A DNA stretch of 64,000 bases from assembly GCA_965237955.1 (NCBI GenBank), contig OZ250169.1, positions 5,344,001 to 5,408,000 on the forward strand, given 5' to 3'. The notes under the pieces were generated by a model. It was not told where the DNA came from. It was given only the letters and a program-made list of their open reading frames with translations, and made no database searches. Source of the DNA: Candidatus Marinacidobacterales bacterium. Its GTDB lineage: Bacteria > Acidobacteriota > Vicinamibacteria > Marinacidobacterales > SMYC01. The position numbers and the translations under genes are program-made. This document shows, in pieces, positions 13,501-24,717 of the stretch (positions are counted from its first letter, which is position 1; every line of letters begins with the position of its first letter).

Positions 13501-13706
13501 TCTTCATCGATGAAGGAGAGACCTTGAAACTGCATGTGTTCATCGACAAGAGTGTGGTTGAAGTGTTTGTCAACGGCAGACAAAGTGTGGCGCAAAGGGT
13601 ATATCCAGGTCGCACCGAAAGCGATGGCGTATCGCTGCGCGCCCAGGGAACTGACGCAAGGTTAATATCGTTGGACGCCTGGCAGATGAAGAGTATCTAT
13701 GAATAG
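10534..13706 (+). pseudogene. GH32 beta-fructofuranosidase/levanase-like lipoprotein, interrupted by IS256 and frameshifted at an A-run (12631-12637)
   Basis: Lipobox LVVAC, LNDPNG, HWGHAVSDDLIHW, CYSGS, YDP, C-terminal FIDKSVVEVFVNG. Confidence 0.9.
11135..12563 (-). mobile_element. IS256-family element (type 1); transposase CDS 11206-12531
   Basis: 8-bp target duplication GATTTCCA (11127-34, 12564-71); inverted repeats GAGGATGTC..TAGTTGAAA; MYLDTV, VTDGG, QRCTLHK, STNPIES. Confidence 0.95.
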
Positions 13707-13717
13707 GTTGGGAGTTA

Positions 13718-15329
13718 GTCCCCTGTATCAGAAGTACGTCACCAAATTCTAGGGGGAGGTGCCCCCACCATAGTTGAAGGTTCGAGGTGGTGGCGGCTCC
13801 TGACACATGGTTTACCCGACTTTGGCGTGCTTGTCGAGCGCTTGATTCTCAGTGACCTCCGCTAACTTCGCTTCGAGGATCGGTAGCGATTGGTATCCAA
13901 TGATACGACGGAAATTTTTCTCCGTGGCGAGCAGAGCCGAAGCGGCCCATCTCAGAACCATCTTGCCATTGCGCCAGCGGGTGACGCGACGGGTACGACC
14001 TCGCGCACCGCTGAAGCACGACTCGATGATGTTCGTCGATCCAAGGCAGCGTTTCAGAGATGCGGGGAGGTCGAGCTCGTTGATGGTGAACATCTCGTCG
14101 AGCCCCTCCCGGATGCTCTCCGCCGCCGAGGGGTAGTCGTCCTCGAGCCACTTCGCCTGTTGCTCCAACCGCGCTTTGCCCTTCTTTGCTGGGAGCTGCC
14201 AGGCCGAACGCAGGCTCGCTTGCACTTGCGGCTTCAGCTCCTGCGGCAGATAACCGAGCACATTGCGCTCCTTGTGCTTCCTGCAACGCTGGACCTTGTT
14301 GTGGGTACCGAACACAGCGTCGACGGCGACCCGTAGCGCCTTGGAGCCATCGATCACGAACAGCCGACACCGCTCTGGGCTCAGGCCTCGTTCGACCAGG
14401 TCCTCCAGCAGCGCCTTGCACACTATCTGGTTCTCCGATGCTCCATCCCGAAGCCCCAGAACATGCTTGTATCCCTCTGTATCTACGCCGATTGCCGCCA
14501 GCGCGTGGTGCACGCCGAAGCGAATCCCGTCCAGGTACACGACCGCGATCTCCAGCTCGTCCAGCGGATGCTCCATCAGCCCCTGCAACTGCTCCGCGCT
14601 TGCTTCCACGAACTCACGGCTCACCTCGCTCTTGCTAACCCCTACCGTCTCCGCCATCTCGGGAAGAACCGACGCGTACTTGCGCGTCGACACACCCAGC
14701 ATCAGGATTTCCCAGATGCGTTGGCTCAGCCGAGACGAGTTGTTCACCGCTTCGTAGGCAGGAATCGCAACCTCCCCTCCCTCTGCCTTTCCCTTACGCC
14801 GCAGACGTGGCCGGCTCACTCTCAACTTCCGCTCCGCAAGGCTTACTACGCCACCCTGCCGGCCGTGCCAGCGAACATCGCTACCCTTCTTCCCCGGGTG
14901 TTTCTCCCCAGCCACACTTTGGGCTGACAGATCCAAGACCGCTTCGATCGTCGCTCGGCCAGCAACGTCGATCACTTTGTCGATCGCTATCTCGGTTCGC
15001 TCAATCGCATCCAAGAACGGCAACAGAGCTTGCCCCTTCGAGCTCAGTATCTCTCGAAGCTTCTTCCTGTTCTTCGCATCGATGATTTGGTAATTTGACA
15101 TCGTGGTGGCTCCTTTCTTTTTCCTTCACAGCCGGATTCTATCGAACCCGGCCTTAGGAGCCGCCACTCCTAACCTTCAACTATCTCAGGGGCATCTCCT
15201 TCTAGGGCGCTTTTGTGCGCTGGACGTCGTTGCAACTCCTGGGAATATCTAGAGATGACTTCGTCGTTGCGCCTCGCAGCGCGTAAAATCACCTCGAGCC
15301 TTTGGCCACGAACCTCTGATACAGGGGAC
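13718..15329. mobile_element. MITE-B (~159 bp when reconstructed), IS630-type ends, split by an IS256 insertion
   Basis: Terminal inverted repeats GTCCCCTGTATCAGAAGTACGTCACCAAA / GTCCCCTGTATCAGAGGTTCGTGGCCAAA, each flanked by TA. Confidence 0.85.
13755..15199 (-). mobile_element. IS256-family element (type 2, copy 1); transposase CDS 13812-15101
   Basis: 8-bp target duplication TTCTAGGG (13747-54, 15200-07); inverted repeats GGAG(G/A)TGCCCC..ATAGTTGAAGGTT; VYLDG, VIDGSKAL, QRCRKHK, STNIIES. Confidence 0.95.
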
Positions 15330-18300
15330 TAGTTCAACAAGGGAATGACAATGCTCTTTATGTCTTGAGAAGCGAAAGAGTAGGTGCCGGAGCCAACTTC
15401 ATAGACGGCGGCATTGTCTTCCATGCGGAGGAACGTGACGCCTGGCGCCTGATTTGCTTCTTTGCTGCTTTCGGTGACGCTGTCAGCGCTCACGGCGGGA
15501 ACATAAACGGTGGCGATGGTGTTAGCGGGAATAGTTACGTTGAGTTTCAGGTTACCGTCCGTGAGTTCCCAATGGGTAGCGATCGTGCCATGGATGGATT
15601 TATAGCTGGCTTTGACATGTGTCAAGTCACCACCGGGACGCGGGCGGATGATGATTTTCTTGAAACCAGGCCCGTCGGTATCGATTCCGGCGACGGTGGA
15701 AAACATCCATTGACCTACTGAGCCGAAGGGATAATGGTTAAGCGAAAATCCCATACCAGTTAAGTTCTCGTCGGAGCTCTGCCAGCCGGCCCAGCGTTCC
15801 CACATGGTAGTGGCGCCTTGTTTAACCAAGTATCCCCAGGACGGATAAGTTTCATTGGTCAACAGATGGTAAGCGATATCGAGCCTGCCGATTTCTTCCA
15901 GAGTGGGCAGTAGAATGTTCACCCCCAAGAAACCGGTGGAGAGATGCCAATTTCGTTCTTTGATGCGACCGGCCAGATGTCGGGCCGCGGCACGTTGCTT
16001 ATCTTTGGGGAGCAAATCAAAGCAAAGAGCCTGCAGATAAGCGGTTTGCGTGTCACCTTTGATCTTTCCGTCATCGGCGACGTAGGCTCTATTAAAAGCG
16101 GCTTTGATGTTCTCAAACAATTCCTGGTATTTTTGGGCGTCATCGTTTTTGCCCAGCGCTTGGGCTATCTTGGCCATGAGGCTCGTACTGTAGCCAAAAT
16201 AGGCGGTCGCTATCACGTCGGAGGGTGTCAGTGACTGGACATTGAGGTGGTCGTGAAACCCTCCCTCAGGCCGTACTAGATTGTTGCTGTTTTCACGGCA
16301 GTATTCGATCCAGGCGCCCATCTTGTCGTAGTGTTTTTCCAGAATGCGGGCGTCGCCATACATCTGATAAATAGTCCACGGGCAGGTTATGCCGGCGTCA
16401 GCCCAGCCGGGAGAACCGTGACCGCGCGAGACCGGCGCGAAATGGGAGTACGCTCCCTCTGGCGATTGGCAATCATTAACGGCGTTCAACCAGCTCGTGA
16501 AGAACGCCGCGACGTCCATATTATAGGTTGCGGTGCGAATGAAAACCTGGGCATCGCCGGTCCAGCCATACCGCTCATCGCGCGTCGGGCAGTCGGTGGG
16601 TACTTCCAGATAGTTGCCACGCTGACTCCAGACGATGTTTCGGTGTAGTTGATTGAGCATGGTGTTGGAGCACTCGAACGAGCCGGTAATGGGAGCATCC
16701 GAATGCAGCACGACGCCGGTAACGGCATCGAGTGAAGGCGTGCCCGGAAAGCCGGTTACTTCCACGTACTGAAAGCCGTGGAAGGTGAAGCGCGGTTCCC
16801 ATGTTTCCACATCCTTGCCCTTGAGAATATACGTGTCGGTGCTCTTGGCATAGCCCATGTTGACGGTATGGATAGTGCCATCGGGGTTGAGCATCTCAGT
16901 GAGGCGCAGCACCACCTTGTCGCCGGGGTTTCCTTTGACCTTGAGCCGGGCCCAGCCGACCATGTTCTGGCCCATATCAAACACATACACACCCGGTTTG
17001 GGTTCGGTGATTTTTACCGGTTTGATTTCCATGATTTTTCGCACCGGTTCACCGGGATGGGCCTGGAGTCTAGCGGCTGGCTCCCGCCCGGCCAGGGCAG
17101 GTTTCCAGAAACTGTCGTCGAAGCGGGGCTGATCCCGCCTGGCCAGGACAGGTTTCCAGAAACTGTCGTCGAAGTCGGGTTGGTTCCATCCCGGTATTTC
17201 CTTGCGGGAATCGTAGGTCTCGCCGTGGAACATGTGTGAAGTACGGATGGGCCCGTCGTACGTCGATTTCCATGACTCATCACTAGTGATAATCTCTGTG
17301 GAACCGTCAGCGTATTCCAGGCACAGTTGTCCGCGCAGGTATGGTATGGCAAGGTTGTGGCGAAGTATGGCCCAGCCGGCGCCCAGGACAACTCCCATGG
17401 CATTACTGCCATTGGCTTGCAGCAGATCAGTCACCTCATAGGTCTGGTAGTAAATTCGCTTGGCGTATTCGGGCCAGCCGGGCGCAAAGTAGTCACGGCT
17501 GACACGCTGGCCGTTGATATATAGTTCGTAGAGGCCCAGGGCAGTGATATAGACCGTCGCCCGACGCACGGGTTTTTTCACAGTGAAGTTCTTGCGCAAC
17601 TGCGCCACTGAAAAAGACTCCGACTCCGATCCAATGAATGCTACTTTGCCCCACGGTTTTCTGTCGCCGTAGTTAGCAACGGCTTTGGGTTTGACCCAGT
17701 CAGCGGCGTCAAAATCGACCTGGGTCCACCCCGCGACCGTTTTGTCGCTACAGAGCCACTGATCCCAGGGTAATAGTTTCGGTTGGCTAGTATCGGTTCG
17801 ATATACGTGGATGCCGCAGGCAACTCCGTTGATGCCGTTGGTGCCGTATAGACTGCCGGCGGCGATGGCGATTACATTCTTTCCGTGGTTTAACTCTTCG
17901 TTCATCTTGAGTTCGTAGAGTTGGTATCGCCACCACTGTGTTGCTGATTCAATTTTGTTTCCATTGGCGTACAAAGTGTAATGACCTATCCCCACTGTTA
18001 TTTGAATGATAATGCGCGTGACTGATTCGTCCAGCTCAAGCTCTCTGCGGAAGCAAATTTCGGTTCGTTCGTCTTTTCCTCCGCTGGGAGGTGAGATCCA
18101 TTTTTCCAGTCTAGCTTCCGGAATCGGTTCTTTGATCGGATAAGGGCTGATCCATTGCGCTTTCCAATCGCCGGCGTTCAGAAGTCCCATGGACCACCGG
18201 GCCGGCTTGCTCCAGGGCGAGGGCTTGTCGTTTTTGTCCCACAGACGCACTTTCCAGTAACAAAGCATCTGCGAGGAAAGTTTGGTGCCTGCGTAGACTA

Positions 18301-18700
18301 CGTGAATTGACTGATCCGAAGCGACCTTGCCGCTGTCCCAAAGATCACCCTGGTTTCGTTTGAGCTTGTTTTCGTCGCTGGCTACCAGAATCTGGTAGGC
18401 GCTTTGGCTCTGTGCGCGCTGATCGGATTCAACCAGCCAATAGAGTCGCGGCTTAGCTACATCGACACCCAGCGGATCGACACGGTATTCACACCGCAGA
18501 TCGGTTATGCGGATCGAATTAGAAACACCAGCCTGCAACTCGCCCCGAGGCCCTTCTTGGCCCAAGACGTCCTGGGATTCTCCCACGCAGAAAAGGATGG
18601 TAATGCCTCCTCCCGTGAGCTTCAGGAGCTTTCGTCTGCTGAGAGGAAGGACGGTGTCGTCGTCGTCGAAATCCAGGACGAGATAATCCTCTCTTCTCAT
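15329..18700 (-). CDS. Alpha-L-rhamnosidase (GH78) with a foreign, IorB-like twin-Arg N-terminus
   Basis: LRCEYRVDPLG, SAYQILVAS, FDMGQNMVG, FTFHGFQY, PTDCPTRDERYGWTGDA, GATTMWERW, SLNHY; start ATG overlaps the upstream stop (ATGA). Confidence 0.92.
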   Translation of the reverse strand: MRREDYLVLDFDDDDTVLPLSRRKLLKLTGGGITILFCVGESQDVLGQEGPRGELQAGVSNSIRITDLRCEYRVDPLGVDVAKPRLYWLVESDQRAQSQSAYQILVASDENKLKRNQGDLWDSGKVASDQSIHVVYAGTKLSSQMLCYWKVRLWDKNDKPSPWSKPARWSMGLLNAGDWKAQWISPYPIKEPIPEARLEKWISPPSGGKDERTEICFRRELELDESVTRIIIQITVGIGHYTLYANGNKIESATQWWRYQLYELKMNEELNHGKNVIAIAAGSLYGTNGINGVACGIHVYRTDTSQPKLLPWDQWLCSDKTVAGWTQVDFDAADWVKPKAVANYGDRKPWGKVAFIGSESESFSVAQLRKNFTVKKPVRRATVYITALGLYELYINGQRVSRDYFAPGWPEYAKRIYYQTYEVTDLLQANGSNAMGVVLGAGWAILRHNLAIPYLRGQLCLEYADGSTEIITSDESWKSTYDGPIRTSHMFHGETYDSRKEIPGWNQPDFDDSFWKPVLARRDQPRFDDSFWKPALAGREPAARLQAHPGEPVRKIMEIKPVKITEPKPGVYVFDMGQNMVGWARLKVKGNPGDKVVLRLTEMLNPDGTIHTVNMGYAKSTDTYILKGKDVETWEPRFTFHGFQYVEVTGFPGTPSLDAVTGVVLHSDAPITGSFECSNTMLNQLHRNIVWSQRGNYLEVPTDCPTRDERYGWTGDAQVFIRTATYNMDVAAFFTSWLNAVNDCQSPEGAYSHFAPVSRGHGSPGWADAGITCPWTIYQMYGDARILEKHYDKMGAWIEYCRENSNNLVRPEGGFHDHLNVQSLTPSDVIATAYFGYSTSLMAKIAQALGKNDDAQKYQELFENIKAAFNRAYVADDGKIKGDTQTAYLQALCFDLLPKDKQRAAARHLAGRIKERNWHLSTGFLGVNILLPTLEEIGRLDIAYHLLTNETYPSWGYLVKQGATTMWERWAGWQSSDENLTGMGFSLNHYPFGSVGQWMFSTVAGIDTDGPGFKKIIIRPRPGGDLTHVKASYKSIHGTIATHWELTDGNLKLNVTIPANTIATVYVPAVSADSVTESSKEANQAPGVTFLRMEDNAAVYEVGSGTYSFASQDIKSIVIPLLN
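17090..17191 (-). repeat. 51-bp in-frame tandem duplication in GH78
   Basis: QPDFDDSFWKPVLARRD / QPRFDDSFWKPALAGRE. Confidence 0.9.
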
Positions 18701-18800
18701 TGCTGGGTTCCTCTCTTCGTTTCCAATGCTGCGGTTTGAACGGCCTGGACAATACGGTTGTGAGCTCCGCAGCGACACAAGTTGACTTCCATAGCATCGC
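18697..18800 (-). pseudogene. C-terminal remnant of a (2Fe-2S)-binding IorA/CoxS-like subunit
   Basis: MEVNLCRCGAHNRIVQAVQTAA (GNLCRC motif). Confidence 0.8.
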
Positions 18801-18959
18801 TACAGAGCTGACGATCGAGTAAGAGTACTGTCCGCACCTTTGTATTCTTGAACCACCTGCCCAGCTGGGCTTTCACGCTGTCTCCAACTATTCGCTCATC
18901 CATGCCAAGGACATCCCGGGGATTCCTATCACAGCCCCCCTAACAGGTCCATCGACAGA

Positions 18960-19563
18960 ACGTCCCGCCTACTCGAGACAGCCCATCGCGGAGCTTCCGG
19001 CTCTGGACATCATGAAGGCGGACATCCACGTGCTCGAAGCCGACGCGGGCGGACTCCAGGAGGGCCGTCCGGCAGAGCTTACCGTAGAGGCGGCACCCCA
19101 GCGTTCTTTCAGTGCGACCATCCGATACGTCGATCAGATGCCGAAGCCCAAGATCCGCGGCGTTCCGGTGCAATACTTCTCGGTGACGCTCGGCCTGGAA
19201 GAAACCGATCCCGAGATCATGAAGCCGGGGCAACGGGTGCGCGCCACGCTTGTCCTCGTCGAGCTCGACGCCGCGATCGTCGTCCCGCGTCAGGTCGTCT
19301 TTGAAAAGGAAGGTAAGAAGTTCATCTATCGGGTCGTCTATCGGCAGGGCGGGTCCGGCTTCGAGGAAGTCGAGGTGAGACTCGGGCCGTCTTCTTTGGG
19401 GCGGGTCGTCCTCGAGGACGGTATTTCCGAAGGCGACGCAATTGCGCTTCGCGATCTCAAGGTTCGCCAGGATCTTTTCGGGTACGACGCGACTCTCGGT
19501 CAGACGCTGAAAGTCAACGATGTGTGGTTGGAAAGCGACCGTCGAACCGATCGGGCGCGGTGA
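18960..19563 (+). pseudogene. Remnant of an efflux periplasmic adaptor fused by deletion to a piece of a MacB-like ABC permease
   Basis: Adaptor C-terminus (MKPGQRVRA..VVPRQVV..GISEGDAIALRD) joined to VRQDLFGYDATLGQTLKVNDVWL; no N-terminus. Confidence 0.7.
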
Positions 19564-19646
19564 AGCCTCCCGCGACCAGGCCGCCGCGACCCGGATGAAG
19601 TGCTTTGTAAGCGATGTACAGCAAGAACGGTCCATGTATCCACCTC

Positions 19647-20186
19647 CTACGGGTCCGGCTGAACCACACCGATATAAGGAAGCGTTCGATACCGGTCGGT
19701 ATAGTCCAGGCCATACCCGACCACCCATTTGTCCGGGATGGTGAAGCCCAAGTAGTCGATCGAAACCGGTACTTCGAGGCGGTCGGGTTTCTGTAGCAGC
19801 ACACACGTCTTGAGTGATGCCGGCTCGCGCGCGGCGAGGGTTCTTAGCAAATATTCGAGAGTCTTGCCCGAATCGACGATGTCCTCGACCACGAGCACGT
19901 GTTTACCACGAAGAGGTGCGCGGACATCGAGGACGAGGCGTACCGCTCCACTCGTCGCCGACGCGTCTTCGTAGCTCGAAAGCGCGATGAAGTCGACACG
20001 CCGGGGAATGGTGAGCCGACGTGACAAATCCGCGAGGAAAATGAACGCGCCTCGCAGGACGCCGAGCAAGTACACGTCCTCGACGCCTTCGGCTTTGTAG
20101 TCGGCGGATATCTGCGTCGCCAGCTCGGTGACCCGATCGTGGAGCGCCTCTTCGCTCAGGAGAACTTCGAGCTCAGGGGTTGGCAT
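19647..20186 (-). CDS. hpt: Hypoxanthine phosphoribosyltransferase
   Basis: GVLRGAFIFLADL, VLVVEDIVDSGKTL, WVVGYGLD. Confidence 0.96.
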   Translation of the reverse strand: MPTPELEVLLSEEALHDRVTELATQISADYKAEGVEDVYLLGVLRGAFIFLADLSRRLTIPRRVDFIALSSYEDASATSGAVRLVLDVRAPLRGKHVLVVEDIVDSGKTLEYLLRTLAAREPASLKTCVLLQKPDRLEVPVSIDYLGFTIPDKWVVGYGLDYTDRYRTLPYIGVVQPDP

Positions 20187-23100
20187 TGGTCCTTCTCGTT
20201 ACCGGAAGCGGTCGTGCCTTGAATTTGTCGTAGAGCTTGGTGTGGCGCGAGCTCACGTCGACGCGTCGGCCGCGGATCAGGACGTGTCGTACTTGTGTGG
20301 GCACGTCCAGGAGGTCGCCGTCGGAGACAACGACGTTCGCCACTTTTCCGACCTCGAGGCTGCCGTAGTCGTCGCCGACGCCCAGAATATCGGCAGCGCC
20401 TTTCGTCATCGCGTGCCACGCTCGCTCGCGCGGTAGGCCGAACGCGACCGCCATCCCCGCGGTGTAGGGAAGGTTTCGCGCGTTGGTCGCACCGCCGGTA
20501 CGGAAGCAGGAGGCAACACCAGCGTCTTGCAGTAGGCTCGCGGCTGTGAACACCGCATCATACGGATCTCCCGGCGCCGGCCGGCTTTCGAGCGGGCCGA
20601 GAATGACCGGGACACCCGCCGCGGTGATCGCATCGACCGTTCTCCACACGTCGCGCGTTCCGACGAGAATCGCATCGAGGCCGAATTCGTCGGCGAAATC
20701 GAGCGCGGAACGAATCCCATCCTCGCTGTCCGCTTGGAGGAGGACTGGAAGCTCACCCCGAACAACAGGGACGAGTGCACTAAGCTCGTCATCGTCGTCG
20801 TTTTCAGACGGCTGGTTGTGACCGTTCGCGATAGCGCCGGCGTACGCTTGGGCGCGTCGCATCCAATCGTGCAGTGTCTTCCGATCGGTCTCGACACGCT
20901 CTCTTGCCTCCTTCGCCTCCTTGTCAGGCAAGAGCTCGAGGATTTCCGGGAAGTCGATCACCATCGCCACCGGACTTTTGGCAACGACCTCGGGAGCGGT
21001 CCACCCTGTCATGTCGATGAGCGCGGCTTGACCCGAGATGAGTCCGCCGGCGGGAGCGGTGATCGCCGTGGTCACGCCGTTGGCGCGGGTGACCGGCAGC
21101 ATTTCGGAGTGAGGATGAACCGCGACCGCCGCTTTGACGCTCGCGTTGACTTCCTGAAGCTCGCGCACGTCTTGCGTTGCGGAGACGGCGCCAATCTCGG
21201 AGATTCCGAGTGTCGTTCCCGCATTGATGATGCCTGGAGTCACCACTAGGCCTCGGGCGTCAATGACCTCGGCAGTGTCGGCACGTCGAGGTCGGTCCCG
21301 ACCGCCGCGATCCTGCCGTTTCTGATGAGCACGGTACCGCCTTCGATAATAAGGCCCGCCACGGTGACGACGCGGCCACCGACGATCGCGATGTCGCCCG
21401 AGCTCTCGAGCGCTGGGCTTTGGACGTCGCCGTACCCCATGGGGCTCGGCGAAGCGTCGGGCACCGTCCATGGTGCGAAACGCTCGTCGAGACCGTCTCC
21501 GTTCGTCGGCGTTGCATCCTCGCTTGTCGGTTTCGCGAGCGTTTGGAGCGCCTCGGTCGTGGTCTCGACTCTATCGCGGTCGAAGTAGATCTGGCCGTCG
21601 ACGAAGGTCATGCTGACTTGAGCATCGGCCGAGAACGGATGTGCGGTGTAAATCGCGAGATCGGCATCCTTGCCGACCTCGATGGAGCCGATGCGGCCGT
21701 CGAGACGCAAGTGTTTCGCCGGATTGAGCGTCACCATCTTCAACGCCTCTTCTTCGGAGGCACCTCCATACTTCATCGCTTTGGCCGCTTCGACGTAGAG
21801 ACGGCGCGTCATCTCGCCGAGCGCATCCGAGTTGATCGAGGCAACGACGCCGCGGTTCGCCATCAGCGTCGCGTTGTATGGGATAGCGTCGAACGCTTCC
21901 ATCTTGTAGCCCCAGCTGTCGGCAAACGTGGAGCCGCCGGCTCCGTGCGCTGCGATCTCGTCGGCGACTTTGTAGCCTTCGAGAACGTGTTGGAGCGAGG
22001 CGATTCGGAACCCGAAGTTTTCGGCAACACGCAAGAGCATCAGAATCTCGTCAGCCCGGTAGCAATGAGCGTGCACGAGAATGCTGCCATCGAGGATCCC
22101 TACGAGCGCTTCGAGTCTGAGGTTTCGTCGCGGCCGCATCGGATCTTCACCGCGCGCTTTCGCGTCTTCGTAGTCCTCCCACTGGGCCTGGTATTGCTGC
22201 GCCTGGGTGAAGCTCGTTCTCAGCGTGAGCTCGACTCCCATGCGGGTGGCGGGGTAGCGCGCCGGGACACCATCAGGCCGCCCGCGGTTGGTTTGTTTTG
22301 GATTTTCGCCGAGCGCGAACTTGACCCCCGGCTGCGCTCCCTCGACGAAGAGATCGGCCGCGTCTTTGCCCCAGCGCAGCTTGATTACGACGTTTTGGCC
22401 GCCGATGACGTTGGCCGAGCCGTGGAGCACGTTGACGGTTGTGACCCCACCGGCGAGAGCACGCAGGATCGAGGGGCTTCTGTGGTCGATCACGTCGGCG
22501 ATGCGGACTTCGGGGGTAACCGGGCCCGTGGACTCGTTGTCGTCACCGGCGACAGCGATGTGGATATGGGCGTCGACGATGCCCGGCATCACGAACATGC
22601 CGGTCGCGTCGATTTCCAGCGCGCCCGCGGGGATGGCGACGTCGGCGTCGGGACCCACCGCCTCGATCTGGCCCTCATTAATAATGACGGTCCCGGAGGT
22701 GATGGTGCCGTTCGTGACCGTGAGGATGGTGGCGTGGCGAATGGCGGTGGCCGGAGCTTCCGGCCACAGCGGACCCATGGGGGCGCGCCGTTCCCAAAGT
22801 GCGCGCAGGTCGCGTTCTGAGGGGGCGGAGGCGTCGTCGTCTTCGACTTTCTCCTCGGCGGTTTTCTTTGGTTCCGCGGTGCTCTCGTAGAGCCGGCCAT
22901 CGATCCACGTGGCGGCGACGCGTCCGTCGTCGAACAGGTTGCCGTCGACCGCGACGATGTTAGCTGCTTTACCTGGATCGAGCGTCCCGAGACTCGCGTC
23001 CAGCCCGAGAAATCTCGCGGGCGTCACCGTCAGGGCTTCGAGTGCAGCTTGTTCGGGCAGTCCGGCGTTCACCGCCGCGCGCAGGTTCGGGAGAAATTTG

Positions 23101-24161
23101 TCGGTCGATACGAGTCCTTCGGAGGTGAACGCGAATCGCACGCCGGCGGCGTGCAGCAGAGCCGCGTTCGCCTGTGCGTCTGTCTTGTCGTCCGCGCCCG
23201 GACTCAGCATCAACCCGCCGGGCGCTTGCCGACCGAAGTTTGCGGGATCGCGCCGCGGTCGGTGGTCGAGCGACACCAGCACCGGGAGTCCGCTCTCCGC
23301 GAGCACGTCGGCGACGCGCCAGCCGTCGATGGCGCCACTCACGATGGCATCGATGCTGAGCTCGTCGGCGAGACCGAGCGTACGAAGAATTGCGTTGTCG
23401 GACCACGCCGAGAAGACGACTTGCTGCTCGTTGTTCGCGGCGGCGCCAAGAGCGGCCAGGCTTTCGTCGAACGGTGGGCGCTCGAGTGCGTCGGGGGTTT
23501 GCGCGTAGCGCTCCCATGCGACTTGGTACCAACCGGCGTCCGAAAAACTCTGTCGGACGGTAGCGAGAACACCCATGAGCGTACCTGGATAGTCGTTTCG
23601 CTGGCGCGAGAACGGGTCATAGGCGATGTGTTGTGCCCACGGCTCCTTGAGAATGAGCTCGTCGATGCGACCATCGCCAAGGGCGATCACGGCACTCTGG
23701 CCACGAAGGATGCCGTCTGGCCGTGCGATCGCCGCGACGGTAACGCCCATACGACGGTACGCTTCCAAGCTGTCGCTGTCGTGCGCGTAAAGAGCGGATG
23801 CGCGCACGTTCGCTTGCAGACCCGGCGTCGGGTCCCCACGTTCACGCCTCTCGGCGGCCTCTCGGGCGGATTCTTGTTTCGGTTTCGACATGCCGAGCGA
23901 GGAGTGAGCGTCGATGAAACCCGGGTAGAGCGTCCATCCAATGGCATCGATTGCGATCGCGTCCGCCGGGGTGTCAACGTTGGCACCAACAGCGGCGATG
24001 CGTCCGTCCCGCATGACGAGGGTGCCGGACTGGATGATCGGGCTGCTCATCGACACGATGCGCGCGTTTTGGAGCGCGTAGGCCGGTGGCGACGCCGGTG
24101 AGGCTACGAGGGTCGGCGCGAGAGCCAGCGCCGACAACAACATGCTGAGACGTTTGGGCAC
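20173..24161 (-). pseudogene. Secreted triple-amidohydrolase-domain protein with one frameshift near 21280
   Basis: GAGGAGG RBS + GTG, signal peptide; three PG(F/I)(I/V)(D/N)A..G(T/S)(L/I)(D/E).GK.A(N/D) modules; the third module starts in ORF 21246-24425 and continues in ORF 20173-21471. Confidence 0.85.
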
Positions 24162-24197
24162 GGGGACCTCCTCTAAAAAAGGGTGGTAGCGTAACAT

Positions 24198-24489
24198 ATG
24201 AAAAACGCGCAACAAGACAAAGCCGCACGCTTTCGGGCGCTCCACGAGGGGCCGGATGTCCTCGTGCTGCCGAATGCGTGGGACGTTGCGACCGCAGTGC
24301 TGATGGAAGATGCCTGGTTTTCCGCGGTGGGGACAACGAGCGCCGGAATGGCGGCGCTCTACGGCTACCCCGATACCGAAGGTGAAAGAGCTCGGCGTTG
24401 CACGGGTGAGCGTCGGAAGCGCCATCGCGCGCGCCTCGCTAGCGCTGGTACGGGCTGCAGCCGACGAGCTACAAACCCACGGAACGTAG
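24198..24489 (+). pseudogene. Isocitrate lyase/PEP mutase-family gene with a large internal deletion
   Basis: FRALH..LVLPNAWD..GTTSAG..GYPD joined directly to the C-terminal KELGVARVSVGS. Confidence 0.8.
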
Positions 24490-24590
24490 CTTCGCCGACA
24501 AAGCGATCCCCTACGACGAGGTCAACGACCTGCTCCGTCGCCGAGCCGATGGCTGACGGCCGATGGCGCACCTAAGCTAGTCCCCTGCTA

Positions 24591-24717
24591 GTCCCCCGGA
24601 TCTTTGATTACTATACAAAGTTAGGCTTTTCGCCAGCCCATAAGATTCATAAGATTCATGCACTTAGAAGGGTTTCGGCAAGCTCTGCTTTATCTAGTTT
24701 GTTCTGATACAGGGGAC
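24591..24717. mobile_element. MITE-A copy 1 (127 bp), deletion derivative of an IS630 relative
   Basis: CTAG at both ends; near-identical to 58311-58428 apart from a 9-bp duplication (ATAAGATTC); preceded by an extra end stub CTAGTCCCCTG (24577-87). Confidence 0.9.
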
